Positions 1-8,432 of a stretch of DNA of 64,000 nucleotides are shown one piece after another (the stretch's first letter is position 1; every line of letters begins with the position of its first letter). The position numbers and the translations under genes are program-made. Source of the DNA: a bacterium. Lineage in GTDB: Bacteria; Patescibacteriota; Andersenbacteria; UBA10190. The stretch lies in assembly GCA_043811915.1 (NCBI GenBank), contig JBDRMS010000008.1:109-64108 (forward strand), given 5' to 3'. The notes under the pieces were generated by a model, which did no database searches, was not told where the DNA came from, and was given only the letters and a program-made list of their open reading frames with translations.

Positions 1-32
1 GACAAGGTGTCCGAAAAAATGGGGTCTTGACA
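1..32 (+). mobile_element. Probable terminal ~32 bp of a second IS3-family copy. The IS right-end motif GGGGTCTTGACA ends at position 32 and the element body lies upstream of the window
   Basis: Positions 21-32 GGGGTCTTGACA equal the reverse complement of the terminus of the IS copy at 1425-1436 (TGTCAAGACCCC). Upstream bases match that terminus only loosely. Ends in CA, as IS3 ends do. Confidence 0.35.
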
Positions 33-146
33 CGGAGCAATACAGAAGCTTCGGTGTTTATTGTATCAAAAAAACCTCTTCAACTCATTGAGGATTAACT
101 CAAAGAATCAAAGAGGCAAAGGGACAAAGGACAAAAGACAAAGTGC

Positions 147-794
147 CTAAGCGACAGCAGCCGCAGAGAAGACACGGTTGCCGACACCCCAAGGATCGCC
201 GCCCAAGTGAGCGGCACGGACGCTCCACTCCCGGCTGTCACAAGGCCAGCAGGCGTAGACCGCAACCACCTCATCGGCTACTTTCACATAGAAGATATTA
301 GCACCGCCGTTGGTAAGCAAAGGACCCCCTTTGCCGCCCGCCTGGTGGTCAAGCATACCGGCTAGGTGCGAGCAGAAGACGTTCGCGTCTTGGAAGACGT
401 GACTGTCGGGCAGTTCAGCTCGGATCCGCTCGTCGGGAGTGTCTTTCAAAAGATCAAAGCTGGCGATTTTCGCAGCCGGGGTGGTCTCGGCAACTCCGAC
501 AGCCGACAGGACCAGGTTCTCGAAGCCACTCCAGACGTAGAGGCCATCTTTGGTCTTGAAGTGGTCGCTGGCCTGAAATGATGTTGCGTTCGCGGGGAGA
601 TCGACGGCTTCGACCCAACACAATCGTTTTGTCACCGTAATCTCGGCCACACCCAGCCTCACGTCGCGAATGGCACGCAGCGACGGTACATCCTGAGCCA
701 GATCATTGACCTCGCTAGGAGCCCATCCTGCTTCTGCTAATGCCAGGAAAAGCTTGTTCAACAAGCCAACACTGAAATCGGACGTGGTAGCCAT
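147..794 (-). CDS. Hypothetical protein, 215 aa, high GC, no recognised domain
   Basis: Long uninterrupted ORF. GC is clearly above the backbone. It lies between two IS termini. Confidence 0.5.
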   Translation of the reverse strand: MATTSDFSVGLLNKLFLALAEAGWAPSEVNDLAQDVPSLRAIRDVRLGVAEITVTKRLCWVEAVDLPANATSFQASDHFKTKDGLYVWSGFENLVLSAVGVAETTPAAKIASFDLLKDTPDERIRAELPDSHVFQDANVFCSHLAGMLDHQAGGKGGPLLTNGGANIFYVKVADEVVAVYACWPCDSREWSVRAAHLGGDPWGVGNRVFSAAAVA

Positions 795-894
795 AGCTAC
801 TATCCTCCTGTAATGTGACCATCCTAAATAGAGGATATTGTCACAGTCTGTGCTGATCCCACAAATTGGGATTTACGGGTATAAGCTACATCGC

Positions 895-955
895 TTTGCC
901 ACAGCAAACAAATGTCCCGAGCAAACAACTATTTGCTGTGGCAAAACCAGGATTT
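895..955. repeat. Perfect 14-bp inverted repeat TTTGCCACAGCAAA / TTTGCTGTGGCAAA with a 33-nt spacer, upstream of the 147..794 gene. Candidate operator or hairpin
   Basis: Direct reading of 895-908 and 942-955. An AT-rich block (960-1075) follows. Confidence 0.4.
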
Positions 956-1442
956 ATTATCAATGAACATACCTGGGTAATTAATACATATTTGAATCAT
1001 ATTGTCAAACAAAAAATTATTTGTTATCCTTAGTACCACACAATAATTAGCTATATTAAGACAATAAATGCTCAAAGTCGGGATCGCAGCGTTACCACCC
1101 TAACCTTTGAATCGTTTCCATTCGCCTTTACCTTCTGGCCTCCCAAGCCCCGTAAGGAGCGCATTATCGTCCAGCGCGATAAGTGGGGAAGAATCGTGCA
1201 TTTCCACCCACCAGCTGCCGGGGTATAAGACCGTAGGGCCCAACCAAATACAAGCTGAGGTTAGGAGTTAAAAAAGAGCCCAATTACTTAGACTCTAATA
1301 TACGTGAGAACTTTAAAACCCTCTATGTACAATGATGTCCTAAAAGGAATCAATCAAATACATAAGTTGTTCCTGCGAGATTGGCTCACTGTCCCTACTC
1401 TCAGCAATGAGCCTCTCACAAAAGTGTCAAGACCCCCTTTCT

Positions 1443-2078
1443 TCAGACCAAAACTCTCAGACTTTTTTGCTGAACAAATTGGTGCCGGTACTGCGCCGGT
1501 GACATGAGCAAGGCGGAGTGGATGCGGCGTTTGTTGTAGTGGTGCATTTGCTGGTGAATGGCATATACGAGCTCACCAAGCGAAGCGTAACGATTTGGAT
1601 CTCCGAGCAGTAACTTAAAGCGAGAGTAGAACGACTCCTGGTAACCGTTCTCCCACGGACAACCAGGAGTAATGCGAGAGATATGTGTACCAACTTCAGC
1701 GAGCGCGGCGACAAACGCTTTGGCGTCGTACTCACTGCCGTTGTCCGAATGAAAAACACGGGGACGGCTACGATGCAGCAGCGCGGAAAACAACGCCTGT
1801 TGTACGAGCGGCAAACCGTGGTTGGTGGAAACTGCCCAACCAACTATCTCGCGTGGATACACATCCATGACCGTTGCCAGGTAGACGAAACGATCTTGGT
1901 ATGGCAGGTAGGTGAAATCGGCGACCCACGCATGACCGGGGTATGATGGTGTTACTTCACGCAGGAGGTTAGGGTAGAAAGTCACCTGTTTCTTTGGTTT
2001 ACGCCACTTTCGGCCCCGGCGGCGATACGCCTTGATACCAAACAGGTGCATCACACGAGCCACTCGCTTTTTGTTCAT
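1443..2078 (-). CDS. IS3-family transposase OrfB (rve integrase core, DDE). Only the Met-initiated part is listed. The true OrfB frame extends upstream to about 2265 and is joined to OrfA by a -1 frameshift
   Basis: Integrase core motifs are present (HSDNGSEY, CPWENG, RIH). The listed coordinates cover only the Met-initiated part of the orfB frame. The frame itself continues upstream to the A7G site. Confidence 0.85.
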   Translation of the reverse strand: MNKKRVARVMHLFGIKAYRRRGRKWRKPKKQVTFYPNLLREVTPSYPGHAWVADFTYLPYQDRFVYLATVMDVYPREIVGWAVSTNHGLPLVQQALFSALLHRSRPRVFHSDNGSEYDAKAFVAALAEVGTHISRITPGCPWENGYQESFYSRFKLLLGDPNRYASLGELVYAIHQQMHHYNKRRIHSALLMSPAQYRHQFVQQKSLRVLV

Positions 2079-2239
2079 GCCAAGTTCACGGGCTACCCGT
2101 CGGTAGCCGTAATCTTTGTTGTTTTCCAGGACCGCTTCAATCTGGCACTTGAGCTGCCAGTCTTTGTCGGGTTGCTTGCGGCAGTAGTAGAGAGACGATC
2201 GGGAGATGCCAAGCGACCGGGCAATGAACCGGGTGCTGG

Positions 2240-2506
2240 CTATGCGGGCCAGCTCTTTTTTTGGGCAGCCGACAGCTTGATGGTGAGCTCACCGACTAAG
2301 CTCAACAGCTGCTGGTTTTCCCGCTTGAGGCGGTTGACCTGGCTCCAGGTGGGAACGCCTTCGGCTCCTTTGGACAGCCAGCCGTAGATCGTCTTTTCCG
2401 AGACGCCATACTGCTCGGCTGCTTGGACGACAGTCACGCCTTTGTCTTTGATGCCGCTGAGTATTTCTTTCTTGACCTCAGGGGCAATACGGTAGGTCTT
2501 TTTCAT
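2240..2506 (-). CDS. IS3-family transposase OrfA (HTH DNA-binding)
   Basis: 88 aa protein with the typical IS3 OrfA N-terminus (YGVSEKTIYGWL HTH). Its 3' end is followed by the A7G frameshift site. Confidence 0.85.
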   Translation of the reverse strand: MKKTYRIAPEVKKEILSGIKDKGVTVVQAAEQYGVSEKTIYGWLSKGAEGVPTWSQVNRLKRENQQLLSLVGELTIKLSAAQKKSWPA

Positions 2507-2535
2507 ATGCTACCAGCGTATTAAGGATTAACCCC

Positions 2536-3456
2536 CTATGTCCAAGATATGGGGGTCATACCATAATATCTATTACTGAAATATAGATTACTCAAAGAAA
2601 AGACAAATAAAGTCGAAAAAAGGTATAAAGGCAACCAAGCCAACCTTATCACTCCATCGAGATTGGTATAGTTAACTACAAATAATAAAGTCATAGTAAT
2701 CACGTTTACGATTAACGTTAGAAATGCTGACCTACCAACATCTTGAAATTGCTTTTCGTCATACCACTGACGATTTTCCTCCTGCAGCTTAGTTAAAAAC
2801 CAATACCCAACTACCAGCGCATATGGTGTTAGCAACAAAACCAAAGTAATAGAAACGTGCATGTGCAAATTCCAGCCTCCTGGAAATAAAAAGCCCAAAC
2901 TGGCAAACATTAAGCCCATTGAGCTGCAGATTAAACCCACGTATTGAGCAACTAAAAAGATATTATTATCTCGCACTATACGATCAAGTTGGCCTTTCTG
3001 TTTGAAACCAAATAAATGAAGGTATGTAAAAAATACCGCAACAACTAACTGAAAACCCATTATTGGATATAAAATTGACCACTCAGGTTGAGCCAAGTTG
3101 AGTTTGTACTGTTTTCCAATATCGCTTAACAGTGCAACGTCACTGAAGACAAACAGGAACGACAGAACACCGCCGGCCAGCAGCAAAATTGAAGGGAAAG
3201 CAATTTTACTGGCTTGCTTAAGATATCGGACCAGGCGCAATAAAGATAACAAACAAAACGCCAGAAACAAGAGTAACCCAACTCCAACCCAATTCATCAA
3301 ATGCTCCTCAGACGAACTAATAGGATAATAGGCAACCATCAGCGGCCGTAATTTTGAGAAAACAAAGTAGTCAAATATAAAAAAGCTTATTGAAGTAAAT
3401 CCAAGAACAATACTTATATTTTTAAGTAATTTATTCACCATCACTCCTTTCTTCAA
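2536..3456 (-). CDS. Polytopic membrane protein (about 8 TM), low GC. The last 7 codons and the stop are supplied by the IS3 terminal repeat
   Basis: Hydrophobic segments run throughout. The ORF reads ...YYGMTPISWT* across TGACCCCCATATCTTGGACATAG, which is the IS end. Confidence 0.6.
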   Translation of the reverse strand: MKKGVMVNKLLKNISIVLGFTSISFFIFDYFVFSKLRPLMVAYYPISSSEEHLMNWVGVGLLLFLAFCLLSLLRLVRYLKQASKIAFPSILLLAGGVLSFLFVFSDVALLSDIGKQYKLNLAQPEWSILYPIMGFQLVVAVFFTYLHLFGFKQKGQLDRIVRDNNIFLVAQYVGLICSSMGLMFASLGFLFPGGWNLHMHVSITLVLLLTPYALVVGYWFLTKLQEENRQWYDEKQFQDVGRSAFLTLIVNVITMTLLFVVNYTNLDGVIRLAWLPLYLFSTLFVFSLSNLYFSNRYYGMTPISWT

Positions 3457-3664
3457 TTAAATAAAATATGTCTTCAAACTTAAGTTTAAAAAAACGGACT
3501 ATCTGTAATGCTAGCAGGGCCGATGGATTAAACTTGCCAGTTTCAATTGAATGAATTGTTAACCGAGTTACCCCCACAGCATTAGCTAAATCTTGTTGTG
3601 AAATCTCATTATGCTGAAAACGATATTCACGTAAATTGTTCCCAAGTTTTAACATCTTCATCAT
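3431..3664 (-). CDS. XRE/Cro-C1 family HTH transcriptional regulator (77 aa)
   Basis: The motif QQDLANAVGVTRLTIHSIETGKFNPS is a canonical HTH_3. It overlaps the start of the downstream membrane protein gene. Confidence 0.8.
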   Translation of the reverse strand: MMKMLKLGNNLREYRFQHNEISQQDLANAVGVTRLTIHSIETGKFNPSALLALQIVRFFKLKFEDIFYLIEERSDGE

Positions 3665-3990
3665 ACAAGTTAAGCAAACTATGCACAGTGTATATAATAC
3701 TATACTTTATGTCAATCATTTTGCCCCCCTGAAAAATAGGGATTTCAAAGGTTCAAATACAATTACTACTCTAAGTTGACGACAATAGCTCCACCCCGTA
3801 CATTTTGGGCATGTCATCGCTTCAGTGTGAAATCACAGGACGTAATCCGACTTTTAGAAGCGACTTTTCACCTGCCGCTCCCGAAACCAAGAAGGTCAAA
3901 AGTTATCACCGCGAGAGACAAACTAGGCAGAATTATTCACTCCAGACCGTCTAAACCCACCCAACACTCGATGTTGAACCGGGTGTTAAG

Positions 3991-4079
3991 GTAGGTGTTC
4001 CAGACTTGCCTAAGCACCACGTGCAAGTTACATATAAGCAAGAAGTATGGAGGTGAACTTGCCTCCCGAGAACACCTAC
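3991..4079 (+). promoter_or_regulatory. Structured leader element upstream of the nucleotidyltransferase gene, made of nested inverted repeats
   Basis: Outer 10-bp stem GTAGGTGTTC / GAACACCTAC (3991-4000 and 4070-4079). Inner 7-bp stem GCAAGTT / AACTTGC (4023-4029 and 4056-4062). Direct repeat ACTTGCCT at 4005 and 4057. A TTGACG(N17)TACATT promoter-like site sits near 3774. Confidence 0.35.
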
Positions 4080-4122
4080 TAGTATACTCAAGAGCCACCC
4101 ACCTAATGGAAAGGAGCCTGAC

Positions 4123-4977
4123 TTGAAGATTGCAATCCATCAACTCCACCATGAGCCACTTCAGGTACTATTCGACAATCTCGCTGGATCAGGAGCGCCG
4201 GTTGCCCTTTTTGGAGGTGGAGCTAGAGACATTCTATTTCATTTGATTCACGGTCGTACACTCGACGAACTTAACGACTTTGACCTTGCCGCCATAATTG
4301 ACAATCGCGCGATTTCTCCTCCCTTGCAGCATCGGCTCGATGAAGAGCGATTTGATTTCCTGCCGGAGATCGAGTCCGCGTTTCGTCCGCTGTTGTCATT
4401 ATGGGAAATCGACATAGAGCGGTTTCGCACAACGGTGACCGGAACGCCCGGCTCGAGATTTAAGCTATGCTCGGTACGGGTCGGCATCATGGGCCAAGGA
4501 ATTGCGGTGGACGGACGTGGCAAGTTGTGTCCCGATCTCGTCGTCCTCGATGACGGGCGCACCGCGAGTGCGATTCCAGCAGCGTTGTCAATCAATCAAT
4601 ACGCAATTTCGTGCACAGGAAAGATATTCGGCCCGTTGCACCTCCTCGATGATGTTCGCCAGCGGGTTGCTCGGTTTGTCAATCCACCGAGCGTGCACCG
4701 TCACTCAGTTGCGTTGCTGCTTCGTCTCGTCGACTACGTTCGTCGCTACCAGCTCCGATTCGATGAGCAGTCGCGACGCGTGCTCAATGTCCACTTCGAG
4801 GTACTCGATAGCGCCCAGGATGTGGTCGCAGCTGGTCTGGACATTAAACTCACGCGAAATCTGATACAGTCTGAATTTGGAGACAGCGCCGAAACTTGTC
4901 CCAAGAAAGTTCTTCGGCAGATTCAGCGGCGATTCGATGAGGTCGAATTCCCCGGTACTATTCTGAAGAGAGAATGA
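4123..4977 (+). CDS. Pol-beta superfamily nucleotidyltransferase with a poly(A) polymerase / CCA-adding-enzyme-type head domain. TTG start
   Basis: LFGGGARDILF ... DFDLAAI matches the GGxxRD ... DxD head-domain signature. AAAGGAG lies 7 nt ahead of the TTG. GC is about 60%. Confidence 0.6.
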   Translation: MKIAIHQLHHEPLQVLFDNLAGSGAPVALFGGGARDILFHLIHGRTLDELNDFDLAAIIDNRAISPPLQHRLDEERFDFLPEIESAFRPLLSLWEIDIERFRTTVTGTPGSRFKLCSVRVGIMGQGIAVDGRGKLCPDLVVLDDGRTASAIPAALSINQYAISCTGKIFGPLHLLDDVRQRVARFVNPPSVHRHSVALLLRLVDYVRRYQLRFDEQSRRVLNVHFEVLDSAQDVVAAGLDIKLTRNLIQSEFGDSAETCPKKVLRQIQRRFDEVEFPGTILKRE

Positions 4978-6833
4978 TGTTAGAAATCAGCCAACTGAAG
5001 TCACTTGCTGCCAAGGTCCGCCTTCGTTGCCTTGAACTGTGGGAGCAAAACAGCGCTCCTTTTTCAGGGTCGCTCAGCATTGTCGACGTATACGTGTCTT
5101 ACTTCGCCGATCACCTGCAGCTGACCGAGCGTGGGCTCTCGGGCTTCAAGGGCACGCGGACCATTTGCAAGGGAACCAGTGCGAACGCCGTTTATGCCAC
5201 GCTGCAGGAATGCGGAATCCGTTGGGACGATACAGAGAATGTCGACAGCCTATTCCCGCCTGTGCTCGAGCATGCCTTTCCCGGCTGCAACGCTTCGGTC
5301 CTCAAGCTCGGAACAGGGATTGACCAGGCTATTGGCTTGGCATTCATGCTGAAGCGACAGTACAACCCTGCGCAGATCACCGTATTCATAAGCGAAGGTG
5401 ACATTAATTGCGGTGTTGATCACCAGGCTAGTACTGCGGAGGCCTGGGGCCTAGACAACTTGACGGTTGTCTTGGACTGCAACGGGCTATTGAGCACTCA
5501 GCCCGCCTCGACGATCGACCGCACGCTGATCCCGGGAACCGACGGTAAGCTCAATCGTCTCAAGTCTATCTGGACAGCGTACGGCTGGGAGTATTATGAA
5601 GTCGATGGACACGATTTCGACCAGCTGCGTGATGCCTTCGCCGCCGAGCGTTGCAAACGTCCGCGAATCATCGTTGCCAGGACGGTAAAAGGGAAAGGCA
5701 TCTCCTTTGTAGAATCGAAGATTGGTTACGAGCATGGGCTGCCAGAGCGCGAGCTGGTCCGGGCACGAGCGGAGCTTGCGAAGACCGCCAGGGAGCGATC
5801 GGCCTCTGTCGTTTTGCCACATGACTGTGTCATCTCCAATGAGTCACGGTTCGCCCACGCTCCGACACCCATAATGATGTCTGCACAGCCCGTCCCGCCG
5901 ACCGACAAAATGGTTTCCGTCTTCGCCGACTTAGCACGGCAGATGATTGCGGAGAACCCCGACCGGGTTTTTCTGATCAACTGCGACTGCCCGGTGCCCT
6001 TTGGGGAGGCAGGAACTGTGTTTCCCACCGATCCCGATTCCCATTGGGTGTTTGTAGGAGTCAATGAGAAGATGGCGATGAACGTTGCTCGAGGCATGAC
6101 CAATGCGGGCGCCTTGCCAGTCGTGGTCGCTTCGGCGCCACACCTGCAGGTCTGCGCGGAGGAAATGAAACTTTGCGGCCTGGATCGCTCTCCCGTCCTG
6201 ATGGTCGGCTATGCACCCGGAACGGAGCTTTGCCGCTGGGGCCCGTCTCACAATTGCCTCCACGATGTACATCTATTCCGAGGCCCCGGAACCCATGTCT
6301 ACCAGCCGGCGACGACGGACGACCTGGTTCAACTCATGCGATATATTTACGCCGACCCGGCAAACCGCCTTCCCGGTTACTTACGACTGCCAAAAGCCGT
6401 CGTTCACATTTCCGACGACGCGACATCACCCTCAATCGACGATGTAGATCGAGGCTGGTATTTGGTTACCGGTACGCTCACACCCGACGTGTTGCTGGTC
6501 ACCAGCGGACGGCTGTTGAAACCCTGTTTCGAGAGTCAGCTGCTACTGCACGCTAGGGGACTGAGCACATCGGTGGTCAACGTTCTCATTCTGTCATCCC
6601 TGGATCCTACGGAGCTCGCGCCGCTGGCGGATTCTGCAAAGACAATCGTCTCGGTGATTGACGCCGATCCCGATTCTCTGAGGCAAGTTCTTGCGCCCGC
6701 GCTGCCCAGAAGTGCCTTGTCACGAGTTGTGTCGCTCGGCGTCAGCGACTACGGCGACCAGCACACCCTGGAGAAGATTGACAGCCTCAACAAACTGGAT
6801 GCGAGTGGGATTTGCGACGCCGCATCAAACTAA
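4974..6833 (+). CDS. Fused transketolase-like thiamine-diphosphate enzyme (N-terminal TPP-binding part plus C-terminal pyrimidine-binding/C-terminal parts), divergent
   Basis: EGDINCGVDHQASTAEAWGLDNLTVVLDCNGLL aligns to the transketolase GDG...N TPP motif region. EVDGHDFDQLRDAF...IVARTVKGKGISFVE matches the transketolase N-terminal subunit. The second half resembles the C-terminal subunit. It overlaps the upstream gene by 4 nt (ATGA). Confidence 0.7.
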   Translation: MMLEISQLKSLAAKVRLRCLELWEQNSAPFSGSLSIVDVYVSYFADHLQLTERGLSGFKGTRTICKGTSANAVYATLQECGIRWDDTENVDSLFPPVLEHAFPGCNASVLKLGTGIDQAIGLAFMLKRQYNPAQITVFISEGDINCGVDHQASTAEAWGLDNLTVVLDCNGLLSTQPASTIDRTLIPGTDGKLNRLKSIWTAYGWEYYEVDGHDFDQLRDAFAAERCKRPRIIVARTVKGKGISFVESKIGYEHGLPERELVRARAELAKTARERSASVVLPHDCVISNESRFAHAPTPIMMSAQPVPPTDKMVSVFADLARQMIAENPDRVFLINCDCPVPFGEAGTVFPTDPDSHWVFVGVNEKMAMNVARGMTNAGALPVVVASAPHLQVCAEEMKLCGLDRSPVLMVGYAPGTELCRWGPSHNCLHDVHLFRGPGTHVYQPATTDDLVQLMRYIYADPANRLPGYLRLPKAVVHISDDATSPSIDDVDRGWYLVTGTLTPDVLLVTSGRLLKPCFESQLLLHARGLSTSVVNVLILSSLDPTELAPLADSAKTIVSVIDADPDSLRQVLAPALPRSALSRVVSLGVSDYGDQHTLEKIDSLNKLDASGICDAASN

Positions 6834-6937
6834 CAGTGTATGAAAGTGAGGTAAAGATGCCAGGCACCTCCATTCACAACCACCGCCACTTCGCAAATCC
6901 AATTGCATTTCTTCCTCCCCCGAACAACATTTAAACC

Positions 6938-7924
6938 ATGCTCAAAGTCGGCATCATCGGCCTGCCCAACGTGGGTAAATCAACGCTTTTCAATGCCTTG
7001 ACCAAGCAAGCTGCCGAGGTGGCCAATTTTCCCTTTACCACCATCGAACCAAACGTCGGCGTCGTCCCCGTGCCCGACGAACGCCTGGATAAACTGGCCC
7101 AAATATCAAAATCAGCTAAGATCACTCCCACTGCTATCGAATTTGTCGACATTGCCGGCTTAGTCAAAAACGCCCATCAAGGCGAGGGTTTGGGCAATCA
7201 GTTTCTTTCCCACATCCGCAAAGTTGACGCCATTATCCACGTCGTCCGTTTTTTCGAAGACAAAAAAATCACTCACGTCCATAGTAAAATCGATCCGATC
7301 AACGACGCCGAAGCTATAAAAACCGAGCTGGAACTGGCCGATCTGCAAACCACTGAACGCATGACCAAAAAAGAGACTGATAAAGAGCACAAAATTCCCA
7401 GGTTAAGTGAAAAACCAATACTATATGTAGCCAACCTAGACGAACAACAGATTATGAATGCCGATGAGATAATTCTCCCCCTGGAGCCTGCCCGCCGAAT
7501 TGGCGGGAAGGGGGAGCGAGAGGGAGTCGTTGTCCCGCTATGCATCAAAATAGAACAGGAACTAACTGAACTTCCCGAAGACGAGCAATTGGTCTTTCTA
7601 AGAGAGTACAATCTTACCGCCACCGGCTTGAATCGTTTGATTACTGCCAGCTACCAGCTGTTGAACCTTGTAACCTTTCTCACCACCGGCCCCACCGAAA
7701 CCCGCGCCTGGACGGTAAAAAAAGGCACCAGGGCCCCCCAGGCCGCCGGTAAAATTCACACCGACCTGGAACACGGTTTTATCCGCGCTGAAACAGTTGC
7801 TTATAAAGATCTGGTCGCCGCCGGTTCTTATGCTGATGCCCGTGCGCGAGGCCTGCTTCGCGACGAAGGCAAAGACTACATCGTCCAGGACGGCGACGTG
7901 ATTCTCTTCAAATTCGCAACCTAA
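6938..7924 (+). CDS. ychF: Ribosome-binding ATPase YchF (Obg-like GTPase family)
   Basis: GLPNVGKST P-loop, NFPFTT, and the conserved C-terminal TGS-like region (RAWT..G..APQAAGKIHTD..GFIRAE). Confidence 0.9.
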   Translation: MLKVGIIGLPNVGKSTLFNALTKQAAEVANFPFTTIEPNVGVVPVPDERLDKLAQISKSAKITPTAIEFVDIAGLVKNAHQGEGLGNQFLSHIRKVDAIIHVVRFFEDKKITHVHSKIDPINDAEAIKTELELADLQTTERMTKKETDKEHKIPRLSEKPILYVANLDEQQIMNADEIILPLEPARRIGGKGEREGVVVPLCIKIEQELTELPEDEQLVFLREYNLTATGLNRLITASYQLLNLVTFLTTGPTETRAWTVKKGTRAPQAAGKIHTDLEHGFIRAETVAYKDLVAAGSYADARARGLLRDEGKDYIVQDGDVILFKFAT

Positions 7925-8009
7925 TAAAAAAGCCCCGGTAACTAAAAAGTCACAAAGGGCAAAGTGCTTTTTTCTTCAGATTTCCGCCGGCGCTTACTTG
8001 CCATCTCTC

Positions 8010-8306
8010 TTAATCTTCCTCCACAAAATCTTCCTCCCCAGGTCCAAGGTTGTCGTCTGACACTGTCGGCAACGATGGCGGCGCCATCTCGCCGCTATCC
8101 CCTGCAACCACTAGATCAAGCTCCTGCTGCCGTATAAACTCTTCATCCGCCTGCTTCAGTAATAGATCAACCTTGGGACCATACAACGCCTCCAGAACAA
8201 GCGCCCTAACCTGCTTCTTTGTCATCGGAACTGTCGCCTGCCCGCCGTCAGTTTCATTCATCAACGCATAACGATCTTCATTCAGTTTTTTTATTCTCGC
8301 TTGCAT
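8010..8306 (-). CDS. Hypothetical acidic protein (98 aa)
   Basis: ORF only. No recognised motif. Confidence 0.3.
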   Translation of the reverse strand: MQARIKKLNEDRYALMNETDGGQATVPMTKKQVRALVLEALYGPKVDLLLKQADEEFIRQQELDLVVAGDSGEMAPPSLPTVSDDNLGPGEEDFVEED

Positions 8307-8432
8307 CGCCAGGACCTCCTTTTTTATATCTGTTGCTTGTTGATAAGGTACTAAACACTAAAACATCCTGCCACTATATAGAGCTGCCGCCTTTTGACAA
8401 GCCAGACGCTATAATGTAATATCATTGAGATT

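Larger units (their letters stand above)
1425..2558 (-). mobile_element. IS3-family insertion sequence, about 1.13 kb, with orfA-orfB and imperfect terminal inverted repeats beginning TG and ending CA
   Basis: The OrfA HTH plus OrfB rve (DDE) integrase architecture. A CAAAAAAAG slippery heptamer sits at about 2258-2270 on the minus strand. Termini are TGACCCCCATATCTTGG (at 2558, minus strand) and TGTCAAGACCCCC (at 1425). Confidence 0.85.

Noticed and set aside
1081-1424. About 340 bp of backbone-like GC sequence without an ORF between the AT-rich block and the IS end. Considered as a remnant of a gene disrupted by the IS
   Set aside because: No ORF or recognisable coding signal could be identified. 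Left unannotated.
1304-1507. A 67-aa ORF on the plus strand
   Set aside because: It runs across the IS3 terminus and into the antisense of orfB. No coding signal. Judged spurious.
3991-4079. Possible tRNA-like gene, suggested by the 7 to 10 bp acceptor-like terminal stem
   Set aside because: No D-arm, anticodon-arm or T-arm (GTTCRA) arrangement could be traced by eye. Kept only as a structured leader.
4974-6833. Annotating the TK-like protein simply as housekeeping transketolase (tkt)
   Set aside because: It has a fused single-chain architecture with atypical GC and divergent TPP-site residues. It is coupled to an NTase in an acquired segment. A housekeeping role is therefore doubtful, so no gene symbol was assigned.
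7491-7507. A 17-nt perfect palindrome CCCGCCGAATTGGCGGG inside ychF
   Set aside because: It lies within a well-conserved coding sequence, encoding a short ARRIGGKG insertion. Most likely a chance or local coding feature, not a site or mobile-element scar.
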